Assembly: GCA_012295275.1 (NCBI GenBank)
Contig: CM022676.1
Location: 5,332,001 to 5,396,000, forward strand
Length of the DNA: 64,000 bases
Direction of reading: 5' to 3'
DNA from: Chrysomallon squamiferum
Taxonomy: Eukaryota; Animalia; Mollusca
Under the pieces are notes generated by a model that saw nothing but the letters and a program-made list of their open reading frames with translations, was not told the origin of the DNA and ran no database searches. The position numbers were made by a program, and so were the translations under genes. Shown here in pieces: positions 42,591-56,100 of the stretch (position 1 is the first letter of the stretch; every line of letters begins with the position of its first letter).

Positions 42591-45500
42591 GCCATCTGCA
42601 TATATCCTTTCCTATTTTGGATAGTACTGACATACTTTATTATTAATAAAAATTATTAACAAAATCATTTCAGACAAACTTAGATTATGCGTTCATATCA
42701 CTATAGGTGCACTTCAAAATTATATTTCTTTTTCTTTTTTTAAAAGAAAGCAACTCTCTAGCAAATAACTGTTAGGTGCAAATTGTAATTATGCCATTGT
42801 TGTAAATATTGTGTGCAATGTACAATAAAGTTTTGTTATTTGTACAAAGAAAAGTAAATAAAAAAATGTACATAGTTACTTACAGTTTATATCTTCATTC
42901 CAGCATCAATGTTCCATGAAGTGGATATAAAATTTTTTATTTATTAATAAAATGAAAATAGAAACAGTAGCCCTTCTGGCAGCATCAGTGTTTGAGAAAT
43001 AGGGGCAGGGGAGATAACTGCCCTCCCAAATTCAGGCATAACACGGTTGGGGAATATGGACAAAACAAGAAAAAAAAATATACATATTTTTATTGAACTG
43101 CATGTTGTATCATTTGTTCCATGTTGTGTTTGGGTTAAGAAAAATTATTTTTAAAATAAGTACATACTAAAGAAGATTATCCAAAAACAAAAAACCCTGA
43201 TTATCTTTGGTTATTTTTTATATTATTATTTTAAAAACAAATAACTGAAGCACAATGAAATTTTTTTTGGTTTAATACAGTTGTCAGATGTCATGTATTC
43301 ATTTTGTTTTCAACTTTTCTTGATTCAGAAAACATTTTAATTAGCATCTGCTAAAAAAAAAAATCATTTTATTTAAATAAAATGTGATGAAGCATTAGAT
43401 TCAATTTGTACAATCCTGTCCAAAAAAAAATAAATAAATAAATAAAAAAAAAAAAAAAAAGAGAGAGAGAAAAAAAAAATAAATAAATAAAAAATAAAAT
43501 AATAATTATATAAAAGAATAAATAAATAAAAATAATTTTCTAGATATGTCAAATATTCCAGATATGTTTCTGCACAGTAATTTTGATAGATGTTACATAT
43601 ACATTTTAGGCAACTGTTAACATTAATATTACTTCTTTTTTTTTTTACCCAAAATGTTCAAAACAGAAAGAACTGCACCCTTTTACATATTATGAAAACA
43701 AATAACTGATAATAACAAAAGGCTTATTTTTCAGTATTTGGACAAATTAAATACATTTAGCACAAAATTAAGCAATGAAAAACTGCCAGAAGAAAAAAAA
43801 AAAATTGTGCTGGACTACAAAAGGAAAGAATTCATTTTCAAAAGAAGAGGGACAAAATATTTTTATTTTTTTAAATATTTTCAAAAGAAAACTACACAAG
43901 TAAAGATGTTTCTGGGAGGAAAAAAGATTTATACAAGAAAAGCCAAAATAAATTAATGCATACAAGCATTGCTAGAATTTCAAAATTTGACACAACCTTC
44001 AATAAAATGTACAAATAAAGCAATATTTACATGAAACCGATTCTTCTAAGCAATGATGGACCCACAATTTTAATTTCTTTTTTAAATATTTAAATGTTAA
44101 TCTATAACATTTAAGTGATGTTTTTCATTTCTGTTTAGTTGATATTTTCAGTCATCTTAAAAAGAATAAGAACAAAAAAAAAATAAAATAAAAATAATAA
44201 AAACAAACATTTTTTTCAACCTATTAATATACATCTAAATTATTATCTATATATATATATATATATATATGTACATACAAAATCATTTTGAAAAAAAAAT
44301 AATAATAATAATAATAAAAAAAAAAGTTAAGTTAGCTGCAATTAAAATCATTATAAATAAAAGATGAACAGTATTTTTTTGCTGTCTTTTGATCAGCACC
44401 CCAAGAATTATTCAAAAAAAGTGTTCAAACACCAATTCTGTTATTCATTTCTCACTGCAAAAACCAAGCTTGAGCTGATCATATATATTTCTGTTCTGCT
44501 TAGCTCTGGCAAAAGGATTCAAGTTAAAAAAATCAAGCAAACTTAAGGAAATTGTGAGTCATTTTTCTTTCCAAGTTTGGCATCAGTTATTAATTTTTGG
44601 TGAAAACCAAAAAAAAAAAAAAATAAAAAATTTAAAAAAAAATAACCCATTTCTTTTCTGCTTCAGGTTAATAAAGATGTCTAACAACACTAAGAATTAT
44701 TATGGAACTGAATAAAATTTGGTTTTTTTCTCTCCTGAACAATGAATTAATGAGAACTGTGAGCAACCAAAACAAAAAACGTAACAAAACAAACGAGTGT
44801 TTTTAGTAACACGAAACTGTAATTCACAAAAAACAAATTATTTTGTTTTTAACAAAATTTTAAACATTTCCAGATTAAAAAAGAAAAAAAAGATAGAAGA
44901 AGAAACAAGAAAAAAAAAAAAAAAAAAGAAAGAGAAAAAGAAAAGGTAACAATAAAATCATTTCTGTAAATGTACACCGAAACATTTGGCAATAAATCTT
45001 CAAATCAAGCAATGGTGTATCTTCAGAACATTAAGGAACAGTAAAAAAAAAAAAAAAAGTATTTAAAAAAAATAAATAATAATTACATTTTTTGGTAACA
45101 ATATCATTAATTTTTGTTAAAGAAATATAGCAATTTTAAGTTACATGTGAGAACAAGTAATCAGTTTTGAAACAACTGCAAACTAAAATATGGAAAAAAA
45201 AAAACAACTGGAATTTTTATTTTAAATTAGCTTAGGTATTTTAGAATGAAGAAATCAGATCCAATTATAATTTTTTTATTTAGCAATTTTAGAACAAAAT
45301 TCTAAACAAACAATAATCTTGCTGAACTTTTTCAGTATGTCAAGTTATCATTTTTCTTTTTAACAAACAAAACTCAAAAACTGTACAACTGTTGCTATTG
45401 AAAGAGTATAAGTCATTCAACTTTTTTTTTTGAATTGAGTATAGGGCACACAAGAGCCTGAACACAATTATTAGCACTTTTAATTTATTTAAAAAAAAAA

Positions 45501-46198
45501 AAAAATTTATTAAATTTGACTAGAACACAAATTTTGTATTTCTTCCAGTTCAATTTCAAAATTTCTTTTTTTGACCTCTAATTTCACCAAAAAAAAAAAA
45601 AAAAAAGATTTGTCAAGTTATTTCTTTTTCCTGAAAGTTGTAAACAAAGAAATATTTTCAAATTAATTCCAACAGTATTAAGATTTGGCAGATGTTATTT
45701 TGATATTTACAAAATTTCAAACTACACTACAATATTTCTGCAATCTTAAAATTGTGAATTGTTTTACACAAATACTGAATTTGTTCGTTTCTGGGTATTT
45801 CTGGAGGTGTTCAAACAGCATACTGGTCAAAATTAAAAAGAACAAATTTTTCAGAAACATTAGTTTCTTGTGGAAGGTTTCTCTTCCATAACATTCTGTC
45901 TGCAAACTGATAAAAATCAATCAGTTTCAAATCACAAGTTTTAATAATTTATGATAACACGAGGGTAGTGTAAAAAAAAAAAAAAGATAAAAGAAAGCTT
46001 GCTGCAAAGCAAAATAGCTCTTGCATGTTGACATACACACAGACAAAAAAAAAAAAAAAAAAAAAAAAATTAAAAATTAAAAAACCCAACAGCTATCAAC
46101 AACAATGCCATCAAAAAACGTTGAAATTCAAATCCAACGTGCACATAAAGATGTTAACTTGTGTGTAAAAAGAGTAACTCGTGTGTGTGTGTGTGTAA

Positions 46199-46272
46199 TC
46201 AACCATGTCTGGTTTTGTTGGCATGGTTCGGGTCTGAGACTGGACGCCTGAATAGTAGCACATGTGGTTCTG

Positions 46273-46303
<31 letters not shown>

Positions 46304-47672
46304 GCTTGTTTTTTTTTTACACTGCCGTTTTCTAGAGCACTTTTTATTATAGAAATCAACATTTGTGCAATTTCTTTTCATATAGTTTTGGAGTTATATA
46401 TCTTTTTAGTTTTATAATTTTTGAGTTATATAGCTTAAAGTTTTTATTATAGGAAATCAACATTTGAGCAATTTCTTTTCATATAGTTTAGGAGCTACAT
46501 ATATTTTTTAGTGATATAATTTATGAGTTATATAGCTTAAAGTTTTTATCATAGCAATCAATATTTGAGTAATTTCTTTTCAATGACTTCCCTTTGGGGC
46601 CATATAATCTTAAACATTTTACTGACATGAACTGTAATGTATAAAAAACAATGATTTGGAATAATTAAAAAATTAACTGTGGAAACAATATAGTTATTTT
46701 TAGGCTCATTGTGTTGATCCACATTTGTTGCTCTTGCAGTGTTATTTTTATACTGTCACACTTAAGTGAACCACTTCAAAATATGTCACAATTTATACTT
46801 AGCTCTCAAAATACAATCATTGCTCCAGAACATGAGAGCCTGTTTATTAATTTGAATTAATTCATTATCAATCCACATTAACAAAATAACAAGACAAATG
46901 AAGTTTACAAAAAAACAAACAATTAAAAGTTCAAAAAATTAATATAATTTACATACATGCAGTGTTCATTTTTGTTCAAATGAACAAAATTCACAACAAG
47001 GAAAAATTACAACTTAAAAATAAACTAATTATTTTTTTAATTTTATAAAGAATTACTTTATAAGTTTATTAATTCAGAATTTTTACGTATTTCTGCCTAT
47101 TTGTAATTCTTCATTTTTTTTAAAATAGATATGTGAACAATGAATATTACATTATATATGTACGTACATATCCATTCTGACAGTTTTTCTTTTTTAAATA
47201 AAGAAATTGAGACAAAGCAACAATAATGGATACCTTTTTACTTGGATATTTTGTTTTAATGACAAATGAAAAAAGAAAATTTAAAGATGCATACCTGGTA
47301 GGTGAATCATGTAGTGGATCCAGCCTGGGGACTGCTGTACCCCAAGATTTCTCCATTCTGTCTCCGTCATCAGGTGATTTTTAGGAACACTTTTTGATAT
47401 GTCAGGAGGCAAGATGACATGCCTACAAAAATACATGAATACTTTTATTTTGGTTTACTTCATTTAGATGTTTTTTTGTTTAAAGACAGCTATTAAAAAT
47501 ATAAATAAATAAATAACCAGACACACCGAAAAAAATGAAAAACAAACAAAAAACCCTAAAACAAAAAAAAGAATATATTTAAAAATGAACACGTTTAACT
47601 AAAAAATTCATACCTATATTCATAAAAGTCATCATAGTATTTTTCTGAGTAAGATATCTGGTCAGCTGGCAT
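46199..47672 (-). CDS. CKS1B: Cyclin-dependent kinases regulatory subunit (Cks1/Suc1 family), 85 aa, 3 coding exons
   Basis: Exons 47614-47672, 47295-47422 and 46199-46269 translate to [85 protein letters not shown]. This has the canonical [20 protein letters not shown] and EPH.LLFRRP motifs. A probable 5' UTR exon has its donor at 48104-48105. CKS1 and CKS2 cannot be distinguished in an invertebrate. Confidence 0.95.
46340..46582. repeat. ~103-bp tandem repeat (~2.3 copies) in the last CKS1 intron
   Basis: aaatcaacatttg.gcaatttcttttcatatagttt...gagttatatagcttaaagtttttat is repeated. Confidence 0.8.
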
Positions 47673-48105
47673 TTTCTCGGTCCCTTTTTGAAAATACAAA
47701 TAAACAAGCTGCAACGATCGCACACTGAAAAACAAAAAATCTGACAATCACAAATGGTTTAGGTGTTATTTTCAGCTCTGTGGCACTAAATATTTCTTTT
47801 AATCTGTTTTACTACACTATTGTAATTGTATTCTTGTATTCATTACACGATAATAGCAACCTCTGTAATAATAAATTGAAACTCAAATATCTGCTGAACG
47901 AATTAGAACAGCAATGTTGAGAAAAACTGAAAATCGCAAAGTGCCCGTCGGATTAATATGTGGGAAAACATTTAGGTCACCATAAAACTTGTAATTTGTA
48001 ATGACAGTTGATTACAGATGTAATGAAAGCATAAATTAATAAAACAATACTATAAAAAGTTTAGTTAACATTTACGAAAATAAACTACGACGATTTGTAA
48101 CTTAC

Positions 48106-48830
48106 AAAAATACAGTTGACAGGTTAAATTGTGGCGCCCGTGCTTTTTGAAATCTCGCGTGAGTTATTGAGAGTATTTTCTAGATCACTCATTACAATTA
48201 TCTTGGATCAGCGCCTCCCGCGGAGATTTCACATTACCGTTATTTCATATATTCTGTTGTTTCGATAATGAATTTTAGGAAAAATATGTTACGTGTGAAA
48301 AGCACGTTAATTTGCGGTTAATTTTTAAATAATAATAATAATAATATTAAAATTGGTGTTAGGACTGATGGCATATCGTCAATAAATAAATATACATTTA
48401 TCAAACTATTGAAATAAAGACATAGTCTCATTAATTTAAATTTATATATATTCCGAAACTGAATATATATTATAATTATAATAATATAATTAAATTTATG
48501 ATATTTTAACATGCTATTAATATTTATTTTATTATATTTTGGTTAATATCAAGAAATTATTTTTTTTCTTTAATAATAACAAATCTAAGTGACACTGTCT
48601 AGATTTTAGTATAAATACATCCAGTTCATGAAAACGATTTCAGATTTTACTATTTTGACATTGTTTGAGATATAAAGAATTACAAAAATAAAGTTATAGA
48701 ATACATGACTTAATTCTATCTATTTAGACTATTACAGTTGAAAAATATATTGTTGTGTGATGTTTTAAAATAAATAACGAAACATGAAATTCAGGCCATT
48801 CCTAATTTTTGATCGTCTAGTAAAACCAAA
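48106..48830. promoter_or_regulatory. Bidirectional promoter region CKS1 <-> SDHC
   Basis: Head-to-head genes. CpG-rich patch at 48130-48225 containing TTTGAA (48146-48151) and TCCCGCG. Confidence 0.5.
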
Positions 48831-49278
48831 ATGGCATTACTCCTGAGGTAGGAAACTCGTCTCGTTATATTTTTGCAGTATATATTATTTTGCAAGGACA
48901 TCAAATATGTAGAAGGTGTAATATAACATATTTAGATCATTTCTAAATCGTATTAATTTCCACGGAATGACTGATATTAATTTGTTTGCAATTAACCTTA
49001 GTGTATGTCAGCGGAGATGATGACCTTGACACTAAGTGTCCTTGTTAAAGGAAGAACAGTCTTCAAATGTTTATAAATATTTCGTGTTACTGTTATGTAT
49101 ATATGATGCATATCGTAATTTATTCTTATTTGATTTAAAAAGAAAAGAAATGAAAAGGAGAATTTATAATAAAGTTATTAGTTTGAACACTAGTTGCTTT
49201 GAATACTCATTGTAAATCAGTATCATTGTATGTCTGTGTGGAACTTGAAGGTAGAACGAATGTATGTGTATGAAATTA

Positions 49279-49330
<52 letters not shown>

Positions 49331-52300
49331 TTTGTGTGTGTGTGTATGTGTATGTATATGTACATGCATATATGTGTGTATGTATGTGTATATATGTGTA
49401 TACATGTTTCTGTGGATGTGTGTGTGTATGTATGTGTGTGTGTGTCTCTATATATATAATATATTGTATTATAAGTTTGTGTGTTTTTGAAGTATTGACA
49501 CATATTCCTGTCTTTGTCTGTTTATGTTATATGAATTATTATTAAACCCTTTTTTTGAAAGATCAGCAGTTCAAAATGTGCTTCTTTTGTATAATTCTTT
49601 CCCTTTTTATTTCCAATTATAATATATAATTAGTATTCATATATTTAAGGTCAGTGGGATGTTTTGAAAGGCAGCAGTCATTGCTGATCAACAAGCAGTA
49701 TTCTTAATCATTTATTTTTTTTTATATTCATGAATTTTTGATTATTTGCAAACCCTTTTTTTGCATTTTAAGATTAGTAGCAGTTCAAAATGTGTTTCTT
49801 TTTTTGGGAGACTATAATTATTTTGGGGTCGACTTATACATAGGTAATGCTTTTAGCTGTTTCCAAAGAGTCATATTTTTTGTAATGATCTAAAATTAGT
49901 AAAAAATATAATTTTATCATATAAAATTTTTGAAAAATTCAAAACCAAATATGGAAAACATGATATTCTTCCGGACATAAAAATACATTTTAAAGCTAAA
50001 AAAAACCGCAATCATTGCTGATCAACAAGGAATGCAGACTTCTCTGCCAAATTGCATAAATATTGGTTATTATAAAAAAACATTTTAATTGATTTGGTTT
50101 ATTGCAATCTAATTTTATCCACTAATCAATTGGCTTCCTGAAAATGTTTATACAGAAATTACTAAAAATGCATTTTTGGTCTTAAAATACACATGATTAT
50201 ACATAAATTTTACACTTAGCTGCAGTAATCTTAATGTTTTTTATCATGAAAATGAAATTACAGGAATGAATCTTAATAGAGATAAATGTATTTAAAATGC
50301 ACAACAATCCTGCAGACAATTAATTTGTTTATCATTGGTATATTTTCCTTTTTTAGAATTGTAATTTTTTCTTTTTTCTTCTTTATTGAATGCTCAGATA
50401 GGTTTTAGTTTTAGCATAATAAATACCAATTGCATATATTTTTTTTTTTTTAATTATTATTAAAAAGATTTTTTAAATTATTTATTTATTTATTTATTTT
50501 ATTATTTTTTTCATATTAAGGCTGCCAATAACATCGTCTGCTTATGAACAAATGAGCAAATTTTGGAAGAAAAACAGAGAACTGGAGCGTCCTCTTTCGC
50601 CGTTTCTTTCTTCTTACAAGTAAGTCAAAGTTTATATTGTCACCAAACTTAACTAACAATAAAATATAACCAAAAAAAAAAAGATAAAAATATATATTTT
50701 GCTCATTTTCATAGAAAATGTAACAGAAACACTGGCCCCCAGAAACCCAAAAATGCACAACCATTTGTTTTTGTCAGGAATGTAAAGGAAAAAAAAATAT
50801 ATATATAAAATATAAATCATGATATATAAGTAAATCTCTCCAAAGAAAGGAATTTTGCATTTCAATATAAAAGTTGAGAAAACAAGGAAAATGTCAATAT
50901 TAGTGCATTTTTTAAATTCTTATCGTAAAAATGTTTTTAATATTAACAAAATTTACTATTTCTGTTTTTAAATATTTCATTGTCTGATGTTCTATTTGCA
51001 TATAGCAGATTGTTAATCCAAATTTGAGCAGTTTTACATCATTTAATATCAGGTTATTTTTCTCTATTAAGTTGTAACAATTGTTAATATTAAATTTTAA
51101 AAATGTTTTTTTTTTTTTGACCTCATTTGGCCATGTTGACATCCCTGACACACAGAATAACTGGCATTGCCATGGCTCTCGGTGAGTCCAGGTTTCTTTT
51201 CTTGTGTAGCTGCAGTAATCACTGATAGCTCCATTACCAGCATAATTAATTATTTCAGATTATATCTGCTTAATGAGTAATTTTCTAAATAAATACAAAA
51301 CAGATTCACTAAAGGGAATGCATGGTATATTTTTTTATAAATATTTTTAAAATATTTTTATATGTAGCTGTTTGGGATGGTACCATGTTAGTTTTTGTGT
51401 ATAAATATTTTTTTATTGTATAATAAAATATCTCTGGTGGTGCTGTCTTGATGTTCATACATATATTTTTTTTTATTTTAGCAGTCCAGCAACCATGTTA
51501 ATTTTCATTTATGAATCTGTTTTTAATTTAGCAATCTCTAACAGTGCCTTTGGTAATTTTCAGACATAAATATTTTTTTATTGTAGCATGCCTCGATCGT
51601 ACTATATTAATTTTCAGGTACAGTTACCCAGCCATTTATCCAGATAGCAGAAAACTGGCATTGGAAGTGTATTAGTTTATATTTTCATTCTTACTTTTCA
51701 TTATTTATTTTATATTTTAAATGTATATTAGACTTTTGTCCAGAAATCGTCAGTCCTAAGCTTATGGGATAATATATATTCTGATGTCTCATAAATATTT
51801 TCATATACTGTGGTGAAATCTGGCAATCCCTCATTAAATTTTCATATATAAATGTATATTTTTTTGATTTTAGCAATAACTGGTGGTTCCATGATGTTCC
51901 TAGTTCTGCCTGGTGACTTCCCTACCTACTTCAACATGGTAAAAGATTTCTCAGTGCCTGCTATAATTATTATTGGAATGAAGTACGCAATGGCACTGCC
52001 TGTCACCTATCACTACCTAAACGGCATGAGACATCTTGTAAGTTTGTCATGAGTACTTTTTACTCAGAGGTTATATATATTTGGATAACTGGAGAACAGA
52101 TTTAAAGTTATTTCATAGGCTAGTGAATATTGGAGATTTGGGTTTTTTTTGGGGTGTGTGTTTGGGTGTGTTTGGGTGTGTAAGGTTCACCATTGTCAGT
52201 GTGGGACAGTTTTACTGTATGGTTCCATCAGAGAGCTGTTTACAAAGATTTCACCTCAAACAAATTTTAACATTTTTATCATTTCTAAATTTAAATACAT

Positions 52301-52647
52301 ATTTTTTTTTTCGGCTTTTGGAAAATTATAATAAAAAGAAACTTAGTTATATCATCATCACTGTTTAATATGTTATCTTTGTCCCTTATATGATTTGAAA
52401 AAGTGTATTATTATAAACCCCCACAAAAAAACAACAATTGAAAAAAGACCCCAAAAAACTGCATGATCAAAATTTATTTTAATTCATTCTGTGGTAGTAT
52501 ATAATATATTTAAAATGTTTTTGTGTGTGTTTTTTTCAGGCCTGGGATGCTGGATATGGGTTTGGGTTGAGGGAACTCTACAGGTCTGCCTACTTTGTGA
52601 TTGCACTGACATTTGCTGTTGCTTCTGGTCTTGTTTTCATGTTCTAA
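48831..52647 (+). CDS. SDHC: Succinate dehydrogenase cytochrome b560 subunit (complex II subunit C), ~165 aa, 6 exons
   Basis: Exons 48831-48847 (MALLLR), 49650-49697 (tentative), 50521-50619 (FWKKNRELERPLSP), 51120-51181 (SLTHRITGIAM; acceptor reads TG), 51874-52037 (LPGDF...YHYLNGMRHL), 52540-52647 (AWDAGYGF...TAA). Exon phases are consistent throughout. Confidence 0.92.
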
Positions 52648-52689
52648 ACACATCTCTGTCCTCTCTTGACTAGTGCTATCAAATTATTA

Positions 52690-53115
52690 CTGAATGCCAT
52701 TAAAATACTGTGAAAAGCCATTAAAATTGAGGAAAGCCATTGTAATTGTGGAATGCCATTAAAATTATGAAATGTCTTTAAAATATTGCAAAATGCCATT
52801 AAAAATGTCATTAATTTTTGGGATGCCATTAAAATTATGAAATGTAATAAAAATGTTGCAAAAGGCCATTAAAATTATGAAATGTCTTTAAAATATTGCA
52901 AAATGCCATTAAAATGTGGAATTCTGTTGGGATTATAAAATGTTATTAAAATATTGCAAAAAGCCATTAAAATTTATTAAAATTACAAAATATTATTGGA
53001 TGTTGCAAAATGCATATATGAATTTTGTGAAATTCTGTTAAAATTTCTTTCATTGCCAATCTTGTGAAATGCTGTTTTATTCAGCAGAATGCCATATTGT
53101 AAAATGCCATTAAAT
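52690..53115 (+). repeat. ~21/42-bp minisatellite (aatgccattaaaat...) in the SDHC 3' UTR
   Basis: Many gccattaaaatt units starting ~45 nt after the stop. Confidence 0.85.
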
Positions 53116-56100
53116 TGTACAGAATTTAAATACATGGCTCATTTGTCTGGTTTAGACAAAAATACTTTTGTCAATTGAATGAATAAACAAAGATTGGAAT
53201 CTCTAGTTTTTGCTATTTTTGATAAAGACAATGTTATAATATGAGCTACTGTCATTAAAACTTGTGTCAAAGTATTTCAAAAATGTTGATAACAATATTT
53301 TAATTTTTATGCATTTGAATTTTCACACACCTGAAATTTCTTCATTTTAATTAGTTTCAGTACAAATGTAAAATTAGCAATATTGCACAATACATTTTCT
53401 TTTTCTATTTGGGTTTGGATGTTACAATAACAAAATAATTTGTACGAAAGAAATGTATTTATTTACATTTACAATTCAAAAATTTCTATTTGAAATTTGC
53501 TTGAAAGAAATGAATGCTCAATGGTTGATTTGAAGCTAGCAATCAATAACCTTCAAAGAATTATCATGAACAACCATTTAAAGAATTATTTGACAACTTG
53601 GAAATAACATTTTGTATATGGAAAAGAAATATTTCCTTGTTATGTGTGTACAAGTGTAATATTCTTTATATTATTAATAAAATGGTTTATGTTGGTAGAT
53701 AATTATGTATTCAGTGTTTTTGTTCTTCAAAGCAATTAAAATGGTCAAATGTCATAAAATTAGGTAAACAGCTATTAAAGTTGTGAAATGCCATTACATT
53801 TTGCTGGAATTAATTACAAAGAATATTATGCCGATTCAAAATGAAATTATTTTAATTACTCTAAATTTCCAGATTTCAGAATGACTAGATCATTGTTTGA
53901 TTGCATCTATGAAGTAGAAAAAATATTTTCTGTTGAAATTATCAGAACAGTATACTTTTCATTATTTATTTTATATTTTAATTGAGTATTAAACCTTGAT
54001 CCAAAAATCCAGAAATGGAGGTTTCCTCTGGCCAAAAGCTCTCTCAAAAAATGGTATGGCATTTAAAAAAAAAAATGTCCACCTTGTTAGTTCATAATAA
54101 TAAAATTCACAATAAATAACAGTAAAAAAAACCAAAGGTTTAGTTTATATATTTTTTTATTGTACTGTAAATACATATACAATACAATCACCACTTGACT
54201 TTTTTGTTTTACTGTTTGCCAAGTTTACTCTGGAAAAAAAACAAACATAGCACTGGGTCAAACATGTAACAATTGTTTAACAATAGATGTCGCTTACATG
54301 AAATCCATTTTTACAAATATCTCTTACTGTACAATTAACAATTTTATTTTATTTTTCACAACAATAACATTGTATATGTGTGTGTGTCTGTGTGTGCCAT
54401 GCATGAATGAAAAATAGTGACATGCTTTCTTTAAAATGCATCTTGAAAAAAATACAACAATAAAAATAACCCCAAAACCCAACAACAACAAAAAAAATAA
54501 AAAAAATAAATAAAAAATACAAAATAAAACAGAAAATAACTTATTTATAGAACAAACTTTAATAGTAAGTTAGTGGGAAGAAATGTTTTTTCCCCCCTCT
54601 TATCATCTATCAAAATTTATCTCTGATAATTTTAGGAAAATAATTTTTCAAAAAACTATTTAACAAAATATTTAAACATCTACTGCTTTACATCATAATT
54701 AAATCAAGTTTGCAAAATTAAATTTTCAGTAAAGGATCATTTCCATTATTGTAGTTTTTAGATGATTCACTTTTAAACAAAAAAATTTCAGCATTATTCA
54801 GAAATTCATTTTTTATTATGTAATTCATTTTTTATCATATTTTGTTTAGACATAATGTCAAATGTTTTAAAAGGGCTATCATTGATAAAAGTAATATTTA
54901 TATACAGTTAAAAAGATTTGGTAACATGGCTATTTACCATGGTGACCTATGACACACATGAAATTGCAGTATGTCTTATCCTATTTAAAATAAGGTGATA
55001 AAAAAAACAAAAAAACCCAAAGAAACTTGCAATTAAAATGTGCATGATATTCTTAAATACACTTTTACATAACAGATTTTTTACATTTAATATTAACTGT
55101 GCTTACATTAAAACAATATAATAAACAAACAAATAATAGTAAAAACTAAAAACATCAGAAAAAAAAATGTAAAAAACTCCCATATATATTTTAAATTTTC
55201 TTTAACATTCTTCAAGTTATAATTAATGATACTTAATATAAAACAAAATAAAAATAAAAAATATAAATATTTTACAGAAAACAATTATAAAATCTATTTT
55301 CAAGAACTTGTTTATTCACGTTTTTCAACAATTTTAATTTATTGAAATTAAAATATCAATAGTTGATTTTAAACTGTAAAATTTGAAGTCTAAAATAATG
55401 TGTCTAACAAGTCAAACTACGCAAGAAAGCATCAACAATGTTAAATTGTCTTTAAAACATCCTATACATTTTATTATTAAAAAAAATATTTAATTAGAAA
55501 AAAAAAAAAATAAAAAATAAATTTAAAAAATAAATGATCAATGGGTTTTTTTAAATAAAAGTTTTAACCTCTACAATTCGTGGCAAAAAAAAAAAAAAAA
55601 AAAAAAAATGCTCTAATAAAAAAAATTTGGAAGCAACATTCATAAACAGCAGAAATTAATTATCAAAGATTTTCTTTTGTTTAGATTTATCTTTTCCTTT
55701 GCTATAATTTTACTAATTAATTCATTTTTAATCGTCATCACCTGTTTATTTAGCTAGCTGACACACACACACACACACACACATACACAGTGACATTACA
55801 GATAAAAATCTTCATTTTGCAATTCAGGCTCAGTCTTTCTGCGCAATTAAAAACATCAATAATATTCCAACGTATACAGTTAAAAATGCATTTTTTAATT
55901 TTTTTTTTTTGTGTGAAAATATATCTATGTACATAGATATCAAAACGTGCCTGACTGAAAAATTACAAATGATATATAATACATTGGGGTAAAATATTTA
56001 TATGTACATTTCAACTATATACATATTAACAGAAACTATGTACAGGTATTTATGTACATATACACAAAAGTTTAAACAAACAATACATTGATTTAACATG

